NCBI GenBank assembly: GCA_946965045.2
Contig: OX337234.1
Coordinates: 2,232,001-2,296,000 of the forward strand
Reading direction: 5' to 3'
From: Epithemia pelagica
Taxonomy: Eukaryota > Protista > Bacillariophyta
DNA length: 64,000 nt
Shown in pieces: positions 19,495 through 30,525 of the stretch; within the stretch, counting starts at the first letter, position 1; every line of letters starts with the position of its first letter. The notes under the pieces were generated by a model. It searched no databases and was not told the DNA's origin. It was given only the letters and a program-made list of their open reading frames with translations. The position numbers and the translations under genes were made by a program.

Positions 19495-21057
19495 ATGGAG
19501 GGATCGACGGTTGAGGTGGACATTGACTTTGAAGAGCGATTTGGCTGTGACCGTTGGCCACTTCATTATGCCTGCCGTGTGGGTAACTTGGATCACGTGC
19601 AATACCTGGTCGATAAGCTTCACTGTTCCATTGACGAAGCGGACGCACACGATTCCACTCCCCTTTATTTGGCGGCCTTGACTGGTCGGAATGAGATATG
19701 TCGCTTCTTATTGGAACGAGGAGCCAAGTGTGATGAGAACGATGGTGACGCTGCCCGAGTATTTTACGTCGCCTTGACTCCAGAATTGCGCCGTTTACTA
19801 AAAGAATGGAGTCTCTCAGCAGCGTCCAGGGATCCTTTCCTTGAGTGCTTGCGAAAAGCATTCAACGACCCAAGCCACGCCGACGTTTCTATCACCATCA
19901 ATTCCAACAACTCGTTCAAACGTCCGGTCTGTGTTCATCGAATAATGCTTCATTCAAGATGTCCACACTTGGCGAATATGTCAAGACCACCTCGTGGCGT
20001 TCAAGACTCTAGTGACGATGAAAGTGTAACACACCAAATTGACTTGGAGGACCGGTATGACAGGAACGTTGCAATTCTATTGCTCAACTACCTTTACACT
20101 GGAACCCTCGATCTTGGCGGGGGTCTTGATTTTGCCCTAGAATCGCGACAAATGGCATTGGACTGGGGTTTGACTCAATTGGCCGAAAGCATTGATGTGT
20201 CAATATCGAAAAGCAACGCTGAGAAAACAAAGTCTTCAACCTCTTTTGAAAGAAAAGAGGTTCGGCTGGAAAACATTGACAACTCGAAAGTTCTTCGAGA
20301 GGATATGAAGAAACTGGCTCACCTGGTTTCCACACCCTACTCAGAGTTTGAGTCACTGTCTGACTTAAATTTATTATTGGAACATACCGATATCACCATC
20401 CAGTGTTTGGAGTCAACTTGGTCAGTGAACCGATTTCGACTTTGTGAACAATCTGAGTACTTTCAAAGAGGCCTTTTGGGTGGTTTCCGGGAGGCACAAG
20501 AATCGGCTTTCGATGTTAGTCACTTGCTTCCATCTCCGGACGCTTGGAAACTTGTGATTCAGTGGATGTATTCGGATGAGTTTTTGCATGAGCCAGGTCA
20601 AGCTGTTGACGATTTGGCAACAATGCAAGATGAATTTGTTGTCTCTGTCGAAACCGCGGTTGAGATATTGGAATTAGGGTTTGCGATCCTGTGTCCACGA
20701 CTTTCGGCTTACGTTTCCAACGCAATTTTGATACCTTCTGTCGATACGCAAAATGTCTTCGGAATGCTTTCCCTTGCCAGAATGTACGATAAGTTGGATC
20801 GCTTGGAGGACAAATGCGTCGACGTTGTTGGCTTCAATTTTGAACATTTGAAACATGACCCTGCATTGAGATCTTTGTTGGCCGAAGAAGCGGCTGGAAT
20901 TGTACAGGGGGGAGATGTCCTTGTTACGGATGTCCCGATTTGTGCGGAAATTAGCCGAGCAATTGTGAAACACCACCATGACAGTGATGAAACGGACTCT
21001 TACATTGCGTTTCTGCAGAACCTTGTTCAGGAACTCGTGCATAATCCTGATGTATAA
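19495..21057 (+). CDS. Ankyrin-repeat and double BTB/POZ protein (ABTB1-like Cullin3 adaptor)
   Basis: PLHYACRVGNLDHVQYLV and TPLYLAALTGRNEICRFLLERGA; BTB1 ADVSIT...VHRIMLHSRCPHL; BTB2 TDITIQ...RLCEQSEYFQRGLLGGFRE. Confidence 0.92.
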   Translation: MEGSTVEVDIDFEERFGCDRWPLHYACRVGNLDHVQYLVDKLHCSIDEADAHDSTPLYLAALTGRNEICRFLLERGAKCDENDGDAARVFYVALTPELRRLLKEWSLSAASRDPFLECLRKAFNDPSHADVSITINSNNSFKRPVCVHRIMLHSRCPHLANMSRPPRGVQDSSDDESVTHQIDLEDRYDRNVAILLLNYLYTGTLDLGGGLDFALESRQMALDWGLTQLAESIDVSISKSNAEKTKSSTSFERKEVRLENIDNSKVLREDMKKLAHLVSTPYSEFESLSDLNLLLEHTDITIQCLESTWSVNRFRLCEQSEYFQRGLLGGFREAQESAFDVSHLLPSPDAWKLVIQWMYSDEFLHEPGQAVDDLATMQDEFVVSVETAVEILELGFAILCPRLSAYVSNAILIPSVDTQNVFGMLSLARMYDKLDRLEDKCVDVVGFNFEHLKHDPALRSLLAEEAAGIVQGGDVLVTDVPICAEISRAIVKHHHDSDETDSYIAFLQNLVQELVHNPDV

Positions 21058-21498
21058 TGGTTGGCGGGTGTGAACGTAGATTGCAGTTTTACAAACTCAT
21101 TTCGCTACATATCTGCATGGTCTATAGAACGCCAACACAATCTGTCATTTTCCTAGTAGTCCTGCATGTTTCTAATGCTTCATTGATGAAAGGAGCTGAT
21201 AATGGAGAGGACTCTTGCTTTCGCAATCCTTCTACATGAGCCATGTACAAGGTGAGCACCTCTACTAGCCCTAGCTAGGAGTAGGGGCTATGGGTGGTAG
21301 CGCGAACGCGGGGACGGCATAGCTAGAGAGTAGACACCAAAGATTCCTTCATGTCCGTTGAGATCATCAGCTGAAAACGACTGACAAGCCCATTCCCAGC
21401 GAAGACAACGGCATCTCTTCAATCGATGAGCTAGTTGGTGGGACCCAGTTCCTTCTCATTAGAAAGGTTTGGGAGAGACGTGGTATCAAGGATCGACG

Positions 21499-22656
21499 AT
21501 GTCTTCGAAGGAGGACGATGATCCGTTGCCGCCGGGATGGAAGCGAGAATATAGTAACAGTCAAAAACGTCACTACTATTTCCATACGGAGACCAAACAT
21601 ACGCAATGGCATTTTCCCACTTCCTCGGAAGCAAAGGATCCCTTGAAAGCTAAACGACGTGCCGAAATGAATAAAGAGCGCGAGAAAAAGCGATCGAGCA
21701 GCGACGACGGTGCAGCTGGAAGTGCGAAACGAGCTCGTTCACAAGGATCATCATCCAATTCATCCTCGGCTGCAGTTAAAAAGTCGACGGGAGGGAGCTC
21801 GGACAAAAATGATGACGATTTCCTTGAGCTGGCGGACCAGACATCGATTGCGATCATCGTCCCGTTCCGTGATATTCATACTGCGCAGAACAGGGCGGCC
21901 CACTTGGCGGAGTTTGTGCCCCACATGCATCGCCTTTTGGGGAAAATGAAAGAAAAAGGTTTGGTTTCAGATTATCATATCTATATCGTGGAGCAATCGG
22001 ATGATAACAGAAAATTCAATCGAGGCAAGCTGCTGAATATTGGTTTTGATGTTGCGTCGAAACGTCACTCCAAACCAGATGCTGAGGGACGGCGTCATCC
22101 ACCGCACGATGTTTTCATTTTTCATGACGTGGATCTGCTCCCTTCTGACGATTTAGGACCATGGTACGCCAAGTTTCCGACCAAGCCTCTTCATATTGCC
22201 CGAGTTTGGAACCGGTATTCGAACAATCCAAAATACTTTGGGGGGATAGTATCATTTTCCAAGTCAGATTACAAACGCATCAATGGATATCCCAACACGT
22301 TTTGGGGATGGGGAGGAGAGGACGATGAAATGCAAAAGCGCTTAGAACGGCTAGGCATCAAATTTGGATCTCCAACAGAAGGGTCCATTCGCGATCTTGA
22401 GAACATGACTATTGATGAAAAACTGGGTTTTTTGAGGAAAAATCGTGCATGGAAATGCATGGTGAAATGGGAAGCCTTGGAAGAACATGAAACCACTTGG
22501 AAAGTAAATGGAATGTCGAACTTGAATTACAAGGTATTGGCAACAAAACCGATTGATGGGTCTGACGGAAAGGCCAGCATCATCACCGTCGATGTCATGC
22601 TGAACCCAGATAATCATTGGGGGAATGCAAAGTCCGGTATGAACTACATGGGATAG
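21499..22656 (+). CDS. WW-domain plus GT7 (beta-1,4-galactosyltransferase 7-like) glycosyltransferase
   Basis: LPPGWKREYS...YYFHTETKHTQWHFP (WW); AIIVPFRD, FNRGKLLNIG, FHDVDLLP, NGYPNTFWGWGGEDDE (GT7). No transmembrane anchor is visible. First ATG is at 21499. Confidence 0.92.
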   Translation: MSSKEDDDPLPPGWKREYSNSQKRHYYFHTETKHTQWHFPTSSEAKDPLKAKRRAEMNKEREKKRSSSDDGAAGSAKRARSQGSSSNSSSAAVKKSTGGSSDKNDDDFLELADQTSIAIIVPFRDIHTAQNRAAHLAEFVPHMHRLLGKMKEKGLVSDYHIYIVEQSDDNRKFNRGKLLNIGFDVASKRHSKPDAEGRRHPPHDVFIFHDVDLLPSDDLGPWYAKFPTKPLHIARVWNRYSNNPKYFGGIVSFSKSDYKRINGYPNTFWGWGGEDDEMQKRLERLGIKFGSPTEGSIRDLENMTIDEKLGFLRKNRAWKCMVKWEALEEHETTWKVNGMSNLNYKVLATKPIDGSDGKASIITVDVMLNPDNHWGNAKSGMNYMG

Positions 22657-22824
22657 TTTTAACACCATCGCATCATTCAAAGATTAGGAGAAAGTAGACA
22701 GTTCATGTTTCAGATATAAAACAGTCCTTACTAACCAAGTATAGGCTACACGAATGATTGAACGAAGGAAACCACTCCAACCACTTGGCTCTTCATCAAA
22801 ACCCCATTGACATGGTCAAACAAC

Positions 22825-23184
22825 TTAAGAAGTAGTCGTGGAAAACTTAGTCACAGCCTTGGTTCCCTCTGAGACAGCATGTTTGGCGAGTTCACCAGGA
22901 AGCATCAGACGTACTGCGGTCTGAATTTCTCGGCTACTCAGCGTCGCCTTCTTATTGTACGTTGCTAACCGACCAGCTTCCGAGGCAATTCGTTCGAAGA
23001 TATCGTTGATAAAGGAGTTCATGATAGACATTCCTTTCTTGGAAATACCAGTGTCGGGATGGACTTGTTTCAGGACCTTGTAGATATAGGAGGAGTACGA
23101 TTCCGTGCGTTTCTTGCTCTTCTTGCTCGTTCCGGCGGCTTTCTTGGGGGCCTTGGCCGATTGCTTGGATGGTGTCTTCGCCAT
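22825..23184 (-). CDS. H2B: Histone H2B
   Basis: MAKTPSK...[40 protein letters not shown]...[30 protein letters not shown]. Confidence 0.99.
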   Translation of the reverse strand: MAKTPSKQSAKAPKKAAGTSKKSKKRTESYSSYIYKVLKQVHPDTGISKKGMSIMNSFINDIFERIASEAGRLATYNKKATLSSREIQTAVRLMLPGELAKHAVSEGTKAVTKFSTTTS

Positions 23185-23593
23185 GGTTAAATTGATGGAA
23201 AAAATAAGGTTGTCTCGCAAGGAAATGACGCTGTGTCAGCTTTGTTGGGATACTATCGAGTTGGGAATTGTGTCCGAAGTTCGAAGGTCGATTCTCGAGC
23301 GGAGAGACCGTGCAAATGCTGCGCCACTTTTGAAGCCAACCTGGATATTCACCGAAGTTCCGTCTGGTCGTCGCACGATCTGGTTCATCATGGCGCGATG
23401 GCATGCGCAAGCATCGCTTTTGTACGTGTGTCAGGCTGCGCCACTCCAAAGCGCGCCGGGCAGGCTTCCCAAATATGGCGCGGGTTTGGCTTGACCATTT
23501 CGATCGTTTGTGATGTGAATAAGGACACGATCTCATTTTCTTTCTCGTCCTATCGACAATACACGTTTATCCTTTCGTTCAAGAACATCGACC
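23185..23593. promoter_or_regulatory. Bidirectional H2B/H2A.X promoter with three GGCGCG cores
   Basis: Divergent ATGs at 23184 and 23594. TGGCGCG at 23391 and 23476; GCGCGCC at 23451. Confidence 0.55.
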
Positions 23594-24164
23594 ATGTCTG
23601 GAAAAGGTACGTTTCATAGCCACAAGACTTCTGGTTTCATCCCGTCGAACCTCTAACGACATCGGTTGTTGCAGGCTCATCGGGAAAAGGAAAAGGCAAG
23701 GGAGGCCGTGGTGAAAAGAAGGCGACAACCAGTAGCAGTGTGAAGGCTGGTCTTCAGTTTCCTGTCGGTCGTATTGGGCGTTACATTCGACAAGGAAAGT
23801 ATGCCACACGAATGGGAGCCGGCGCTCCAGTATATCTTGCCGCCGTGTTGGAATATCTCTGTGCAGAAATCTTGGAGTTGGCTGGAAATGCTGCTCGTGA
23901 CAACAAAAAGTCCCGTATTATTCCTCGTCACATCACTTTGGCTGTCAAGAACGATGAAGAATTGAACAAACTTCTTGGAAACGTTACTATTGCAAATGGT
24001 GGTGTTCTTCCAAACATTCATGCCGGTAAGAACCGAATTGTTTCTCATTCTTATCATACTTCACACGATAGATCCGACGGACTAACACCATATTCTCTCT
24101 ATATCCAGTGCTTATGCCCAAGAAGTCAACCAAGGGTGGCAAATCAGCAAGCCAAGACTATTAA
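23594..24164 (+). CDS. H2AX: Histone H2A.X (two introns, C-terminal SQDY)
   Basis: Exons 23594-23606, 23675-24025 and 24109-24164 (introns GTACGT..GCAG, and GTAAGA..CCAG with an ACTAAC branch site). Spliced product: [12 protein letters not shown]...AGLQFPVGR...[25 protein letters not shown]. Confidence 0.95.
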
Positions 24165-24444
24165 GGAAGTCATTTCGTGGGAATTTTGCGATGAGAAAGG
24201 CTTGGATTCTGTATCTTCGGCGTTTAGCCGGAATCCTAAATAGCTCTGAATAACACCTCTAACGTAAACTGTTGGCGTTCGTCATTTTACATGGTAAAAC
24301 GTAGTAGCTTTGATACATTTCTAATTCTACGTCACCAGTAGAAAAAGAAAACATATCCTCCATGTAAGGAAGATGGAGAGGTTGGAATTCGGATCATCAT
24401 GATTAGACTCTTTATGGAAGCTACCAAGTAAAATAGCGACAGCT

Positions 24445-26112
24445 CTAAGAATCTAAGATGCTTCCAATCATGCGACCTCCAAGCTCCTGGAGTTCAGCTT
24501 CAATCTGGGCTTCACTCTCTTCCTCTCGCTGAAACGGATTGTCAGGTACCACTGAACCAAGAGAGCCATGGAAACCAAGGGGACTACTGTTGCCAGACGG
24601 CAAAGTCGAACCAGCTGGAACCAACAATCCAGGGGGAGGTGCAGGGGCTGAAGGGAGAACTGGTACGTAAGGTCCGTAAGAAGGAGGAAGCAGGAATTCA
24701 CCAATGCGATGACTCGACGGTCCATTTTGACTCTGTTCAACCTGCTGAGGTGGCAAACACAATCCGGGAGGAGCACGAAGTAGTTTTGGCGGTGTTGAAG
24801 GAGCAAATGCAGGTGACTGCGGGTTCAAAGTGCTGGAGAAAAAACTATCACTGGGACTCTGCGGAGTAACCGACGGGGGAACAGGAGACTTTCGCAGCGG
24901 CTTTGAAACGTGCTTTTCAACATGTGCCAAGGGAGACTGCATTGAACGAGTGTCTGGGGATACACGGTTCTTGTCTACCGCACTCCGACGCACTATTTGA
25001 GGAACAACAGTCTCTTTCTGCAAAGGGACTTGGTTCCCAGTGTTCGAACGGTGGCCATGCAAAACAGAATGACCTCCACGTACATGTCCTCGATGCTGTT
25101 GTGCTGAGGTACCCGTGGTTCGATGATTCAATGTTGAGGGGCCTGTCGTGCTTCCAGCAACATTTTGCTTATGTTGGGAGTTGTTGTGGGGTAGTCGATT
25201 GGTGCGAGAAGTTACTGGCTGAGATTCTGGCTTCAACCCATCCCATCGACTGCTAACAACAAGATAATTGGAGTTTTGAGAGTTGGAACTACTCAATGAG
25301 GAGCTTTGGTTGTTGAACGTCGATCGACCTCCTCGAGTACTTGAGCTGTTCGGAGATCGTTTGGTGCGGTGATGTTGATGACTGTTTCGTTGCTTTGGCA
25401 AGGAATTTGAAGGCACCGGCAATAGTTGGGTGTCCTCATCCAAAACCGACGAAGCAGCGGTATCAACCGTTGACGCAGATAAGCCTCGCACTCGTGGTGG
25501 CTGTGGAGAACTGGGGAGGTGATGTTCGGTTTCTTTTGTCATATTTCGTGAAGTCCCCGAAGCTCCTGTTATCGCATTCGCTGACATAACTAGCAAAGTG
25601 GGCGAGTCACGCGGGGAAACTGTACGGGGCGATGATTCTCGCGAAACAGATTCAGACGATTCGGACGAAGCAACTTCAGGAATCCTTTGATCACTACATG
25701 TCGGAGGTTGTCGAGTTGGTTCTGATGAGTGATCTGTTCGCGAAGCAGTTTCTTGTGGCGATAATTCCACAGGTGGCGATTGTGGCACGTTTCGTTTTTT
25801 AGCAGCACTTTTCTTTTTCTTCTTCTTTTTTGATGTTGCACAGGGTGGAGAAGAAGGGTTTGCCGTTGTATTCGTTGTACATGACGATGAACTTGCAGAT
25901 GATTCTGTCTGTGACAGTCGTCGGGGTTGTTTCGGAGCCAAAGTTCGATGTAAAATGTAGCAGAAGAAAAAGAGGGCACAGAAAGTCGCCAGAGCAAAGA
26001 CTGTAGATATCACTCCAGTATCATCATTCAAAAGCCACGCCCAGCACGTTGAAGACGATCGTATGAATGAAATGAGAACCTCCCTGCGTGAAACATCGGA
26101 CAACAAAGACAT
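24445..26112 (-). CDS. Single-pass membrane protein with long Ser/Pro-rich cytosolic region and a PAM2-like motif
   Basis: N-terminal TM VISTVFALATFCALFFFCYIL, basic KKKKKKSAAKKR, STLNPQSPAFAP, and C-terminal helix QIEAELQELGGRMIGSILDS. Confidence 0.75.
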   Translation of the reverse strand: MSLLSDVSRREVLISFIRSSSTCWAWLLNDDTGVISTVFALATFCALFFFCYILHRTLAPKQPRRLSQTESSASSSSCTTNTTANPSSPPCATSKKKKKKKSAAKKRNVPQSPPVELSPQETASRTDHSSEPTRQPPTCSDQRIPEVASSESSESVSRESSPRTVSPRDSPTLLVMSANAITGASGTSRNMTKETEHHLPSSPQPPRVRGLSASTVDTAASSVLDEDTQLLPVPSNSLPKQRNSHQHHRTKRSPNSSSTRGGRSTFNNQSSSLSSSNSQNSNYLVVSSRWDGLKPESQPVTSRTNRLPHNNSQHKQNVAGSTTGPSTLNHRTTGTSAQQHRGHVRGGHSVLHGHRSNTGNQVPLQKETVVPQIVRRSAVDKNRVSPDTRSMQSPLAHVEKHVSKPLRKSPVPPSVTPQSPSDSFFSSTLNPQSPAFAPSTPPKLLRAPPGLCLPPQQVEQSQNGPSSHRIGEFLLPPSYGPYVPVLPSAPAPPPGLLVPAGSTLPSGNSSPLGFHGSLGSVVPDNPFQREEESEAQIEAELQELGGRMIGSILDS

Positions 26113-26280
26113 GATGAGTCAATTGGAAATGAGGAAGACACGAGTTTTGAAGAGAAAAAAACAGAGAAATGAAACAATGACGCGGGAAATTGGGTGGCCG
26201 TACAAGTGCGCTTTCGTGGGAAACGGTCGTGTCTCTTCTCTACATTGAATATTGACTCAAACCGCACCTCTGATACTGAA

Positions 26281-26880
26281 TCAACTGTAACGCTCAACCT
26301 TGAAACTGTATGTCTGATTCATCAAGCGCCCAAGCCGGGTCATCGTAACGCACCTCAATTTTCGAAGGGCTAACCAAGTTAGCCCATCCGGGTGAACAGC
26401 CATCGCAACGCAAGCCAAAAGGGCTAGACATGTGAAACATGAGAAGGCTGTATGTGACTCTATTTGCCATCCAACTTGTGATGAAATGTGAAGAGCTGTG
26501 GATTCCTGGTGGAAGTCTTTGAGTTGTCCTGTCAAAATATATCGTACAGCCTCGAAACCTCCAAAGAAAAATTGCAAAAGAAAAGGCAAAAAGATGGTAC
26601 GGACTGCCTCAAACAAAGAAAATGACACAGCGTCTCCATCCAATTCCGTAGAACATGTGCTCTCAACCAGTCTCTCTGGGGTTGAAGTCTCGTTGACTGA
26701 ATCAATCGGACGAGGTGAAAGTGCGAAATAATTAGACATCTGACAGGGTGATGAAGGAGTGGGAACTGATGATACCAGTAAATCCGCATTTGAATTGCGA
26801 CCGGGGATGAGACCTGGGGAAGCAATCACTCCGCCACTGCCTTGTCCTCGTGGAGGAGCAGACGCAGCGACGATAGTCAT
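26281..26880 (-). CDS. Hypothetical membrane protein (3' end probably spliced)
   Basis: 199-aa ORF with two hydrophobic segments (IFLPFLLQFFFGG; FTCLALLACVAMAVHPDG) and a possible GTGCGT donor after LRKLR. Confidence 0.55.
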   Translation of the reverse strand: MTIVAASAPPRGQGSGGVIASPGLIPGRNSNADLLVSSVPTPSSPCQMSNYFALSPRPIDSVNETSTPERLVESTCSTELDGDAVSFSLFEAVRTIFLPFLLQFFFGGFEAVRYILTGQLKDFHQESTALHISSQVGWQIESHTAFSCFTCLALLACVAMAVHPDGLTWLALRKLRCVTMTRLGRLMNQTYSFKVERYS

Positions 26881-27755
26881 TATTTAGCCAGCGAAAGTAA
26901 ATGAACAAACAACGATCACCAACGGAAGAATACAAAGTCCAAGCGGACCATAAAGAGCAACGGAAGGGTAGGTGTTATGGTGAAAGTGAAAATAGATGAT
27001 CACCGCACAGACAAAAAAAGGACCAAAAGACAACCTTGTTCTCAAACCTTCCCAATGTCTGACCGGGCTATGGGTGCTTCTTCTATAATTGCCCCCAATC
27101 AGGGGTTGCTAAGAATTTACACCTTGACGGTGAAGAGTGACACACCCTTTTTCTGACATCCCCTTTGACATTCTGTCCGTCGTCCCTACTTTCCGTTAAA
27201 TTCTTCTCTTTCGCCTTATTGTACAGTACAACTTACTCCTCTACCTACTCCAATTGGGGCTAGCCACCTGGAGAGGATTTGGTAGCAGTACGCAGTAGGA
27301 GTAATTGCTTTCTGAGAATGTTCGTCCCACTTTTTTCCTCATCATGGGTACCAGGTAAAGAGTCTCATTAAAGTGGAGCTTTACATGATTTTCTAGAACG
27401 TGCCCAGAATGTGCCCACAAACCACAAACCCTGCACACACCACAAGCTTCTAGTAGAGGCGTTCCTTCGACCATCATATGTCCTTTGTGGTCCAAAGAGT
27501 CAATATTGGTCGAGTTCTAGATCTGATTGAAATGTGACAAAAGTTGTCCTGAGTCTAGCTACCTCCTCCTAAGCGGAAGGGTGAGTGATTCATGGCGTGC
27601 ATTTGACGGAGTCCCGAGTCTCGAGTCCCAAAGGCAACAATAGACAAAATTTACGACACACATACGACAAAAAACACCGCTGAGGCGTAAACATCTCTAT
27701 TTTCATTATTTTTCGCATGTCTTTCCGGCAAAAAGAACTGTTTCCAACGACTACA

Positions 27756-28591
27756 ATGACAACCCTGACTGAATGGTTGGCAACGGATACCTTGTCTCCG
27801 TTTTGGAACAATCTTCTTGTCTCTCAGTTGATGGTCCTCTACTACAAAATCGGTTCCGAGTTGATTTTGAGGAATTGTAGCAGATGGAGAATTTCTTGTC
27901 GACAGGCGCTCCATATGCTTTTGTCGTCGTGTATTGTTTTCTGGCCACTTTTTGTAGTCGAGGAGAATGACTGGAGTTGGAGATTGAACGTCGTGGTCTC
28001 TGCGGCTATGATGGCTCGATTTGTGTACAAGGTGAGAGCCACAGGAGATACAAATAACTTTCGACCCCGTCATGTGTTCCTTCCTTGTGAAATCATCTGA
28101 TTTCCGTTCGTTTTTTGTAGGGCGCGATACTGAAAGATCCTGATGATATAGAAGTTCAGACGATGTCACGATCCTCTTCCCCGTCAGAATTGCTTTGGGG
28201 GCCACTTCAATGGGCGTCGGTTCTTACGTACTTGGGACTTTATCGATTTCGCACCACCGAGGCCGCGATACAGGTTGCAGCGATCGGTGTGGGTGATGCC
28301 TTGGCACCATGGTGGGGAAGTTGGTTTGGCCGACATGTTTACCAGATGCCTCTTGCTGGTCAGAAAACTATGGAAGGCAGCTTAGTTGGTGTGTTTCTTG
28401 GAACATCCTGTGGCATATATCTATGCTTGTTGGTATTGGGCTTGCCCCTGGTTCCTTTGAGAGAAGTGCTTGTGTATGGTGTTATTGCTGCCGTGGTGGA
28501 AGGAACGTCTCCGGGTCACTCGGACAATTTGACTGTAGCCGTTGCAATTCACTTCTCTATGGATCGCATCTCCCAATGGCTTCCCGCGTGA
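27756..28591 (+). CDS. Phytol/farnesol kinase-like CTP-dependent isoprenoid alcohol kinase
   Basis: Intron 28032-28120 (GTGAGA..TGTAG) joins the two ORFs. Motifs SRSSSPSELLWGPL, GVGDALAPWWG, KTMEGSL, DNLTV are typical of the phytol/dolichol kinase family. Confidence 0.85.
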
Positions 28592-28950
28592 GTACATCAA
28601 AAGATGGATGCAAACAGATAAGGAAGCACAACAGTGTCCACTGTATGGTTTCGCAAAAGCTATACTTCCGCTCCTCTTGTCGGTGACAAAAATCATATTA
28701 TGGCGTGAGATCTGAGAAAAATGGAGAAGGATCCCTGTTTCTGGGTCGATCTATCAGGCGATGCTACTGTGCAGAGCGCTTCTCCCGGTTTGGTTGTTCG
28801 ACAGAGCAGCATTGTGATTGGTCAACACTCACGACTCTGAAAGGTTTGTCTTGGTTCTTTTGAAAAGCTTACGAAGTGTCGATATCATTTTATGAGGACG
28901 ACTGGAGTCAAACTTATTGCAGAGATTGATACTTTCGAATATCAAGTTTA

Positions 28951-30311
28951 TTATCTATTTCCCAATGACATTACATGAGCATTGATCATGTGTGGAAAGT
29001 CAAAGGTGGTCCTTTCCCCTGCTTTCATGGAAACAAGGGGAAACACTCGGCAGGAGAGACTCTTGTCCCACCGATGGGCCAATCCCGCCACGTCGAGAAA
29101 GAGAGACATCAAGTCTTCGATGGTGCAATCCCCTGGAATGGGTACCGTATCAATTCCAACCCCACACACCGAACTAATGGAAAGGAGATTGGAAATAGCC
29201 AGGTTCTTGTCTGATAATTCTGCCAGTCTCGAGTCTTCACAGAGCGGGAGCATCAAACCACAATATCCGGTCCGCTTGATTCCGGGAAGGGACTGCAAAC
29301 ATGTGGTGATGGAAGCTGCTGCGGCCAGTGAACCGGGTCCACCAAACACCAGGACTTCGTCCAGCTTTTCCAACGCATGTGCAACTGATCCAGTCTTCTC
29401 CAACGAAGGGTTCAAACTGGTGTCAATGCCAAGATATTCGACGGTGACGTCGTTGCTGGCGGTGTTGGTGGTGGATGATGTTTCAAAGGCTTGGCACAAG
29501 GTCTGAAGTGGAAGCAGCGCTTGTTGCATTCCATTGCGAAAGGTGGAAGAAATATTGGCAATGGAACGACATTCAGATAGGAGACTTTGTGCCAGTGCTC
29601 CATTTTCGAGACCCAGTGCAAACGACAAGCCTTGTTGTGTAGAGGACGCCTTGGCGGCAGGAAAGAAGGGAATAAAGGGGGCACAACAGGCTGCCACGGC
29701 AAATCGAAAATTCCCCAATCCATTCTTCATAAAATCGGGTGTGTCTGTTTCGGCAATAGTTTTGACACAATCGGCACATGCTCGCGCCATGTCGACATTG
29801 GTGGCTCCGACCGATGCCGAACACGAAAAACGGGTAGATGATTGTATAATGAGGGGACATGTGTCCCGGACCTGTTGTGGTGTCGTCGCAGGACCTGTCG
29901 GAGTTATTTCAAAGTGCCATAATCCATGAGTCCACACTGTTCAGACTGAACGATAGACGCCCCGAGAAACCATTTGTGTTTGCACACAGCCTCGTTTTAC
30001 TCATCAAAAGTACATAATTCTATCTTACCTAATGAGCAAAAATGGATATGGTTGTGTTCCAGAATACGATCCAATTCCACGAGATGTTGTTTTGTCGTTG
30101 TCGCATCGTCGTTGATTGGAAGCCATTCCCCAAAGGGGTTGGTAGCGATCCGAATGGTTTGGACGACGTATCCATGACTGCTCAACGATGTTTCCACCTT
30201 GCTCAACAACTTTGCGGCAGCAGTTATGGTGCTTTCCCACTCTTCCTTCTCATCACGTTCCAGATTGACAAAGGCTGTTATCGTTCGGACACAAAATAAT
30301 GAATCTGGCAT
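28951..30311 (-). CDS. DUF711/UPF0210 family protein
   Basis: VRTITAF, GYVVQTIRIATNPF; intron 29895-30028 restores FCSLGPA; GNFRFAVAA, GYCGLMLPLCED, SSVCGVGIDTVPIPGD. Confidence 0.85.
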
Positions 30312-30525
30312 TCTTCAATAGAAACAGATCGGCACGGAGATGGATGGAATAAACTGTCGCAACGAATCGTACCGACATTTGATGCCAAAGAATAGAGATC
30401 CAAAATGCAGGTACTATAGATGAAATAGTACTCTTCCCAAAGATCCAAAATTCTCAAAAAATGAGCGTCAAACATCAAAGAATCAAATCAACCAGTCTTC
30501 ATCTATATCGATGGCGAACTGAACT

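Noticed and set aside
4-22656. TET/JBP oxygenase plus WW-GT7 as a base-J-like hydroxylase/glycosyltransferase pathway
   Set aside because: The genes are 21 kb apart, one is in a TE and one is a host gene, and GT7 is not the known J-glucosyltransferase family. Nothing in the sequence links them.
27241-27495. 84-aa ORF with CxxCxxC...H...H pattern
   Set aside because: It is short, isolated, has no clear family spacing and could be chance.
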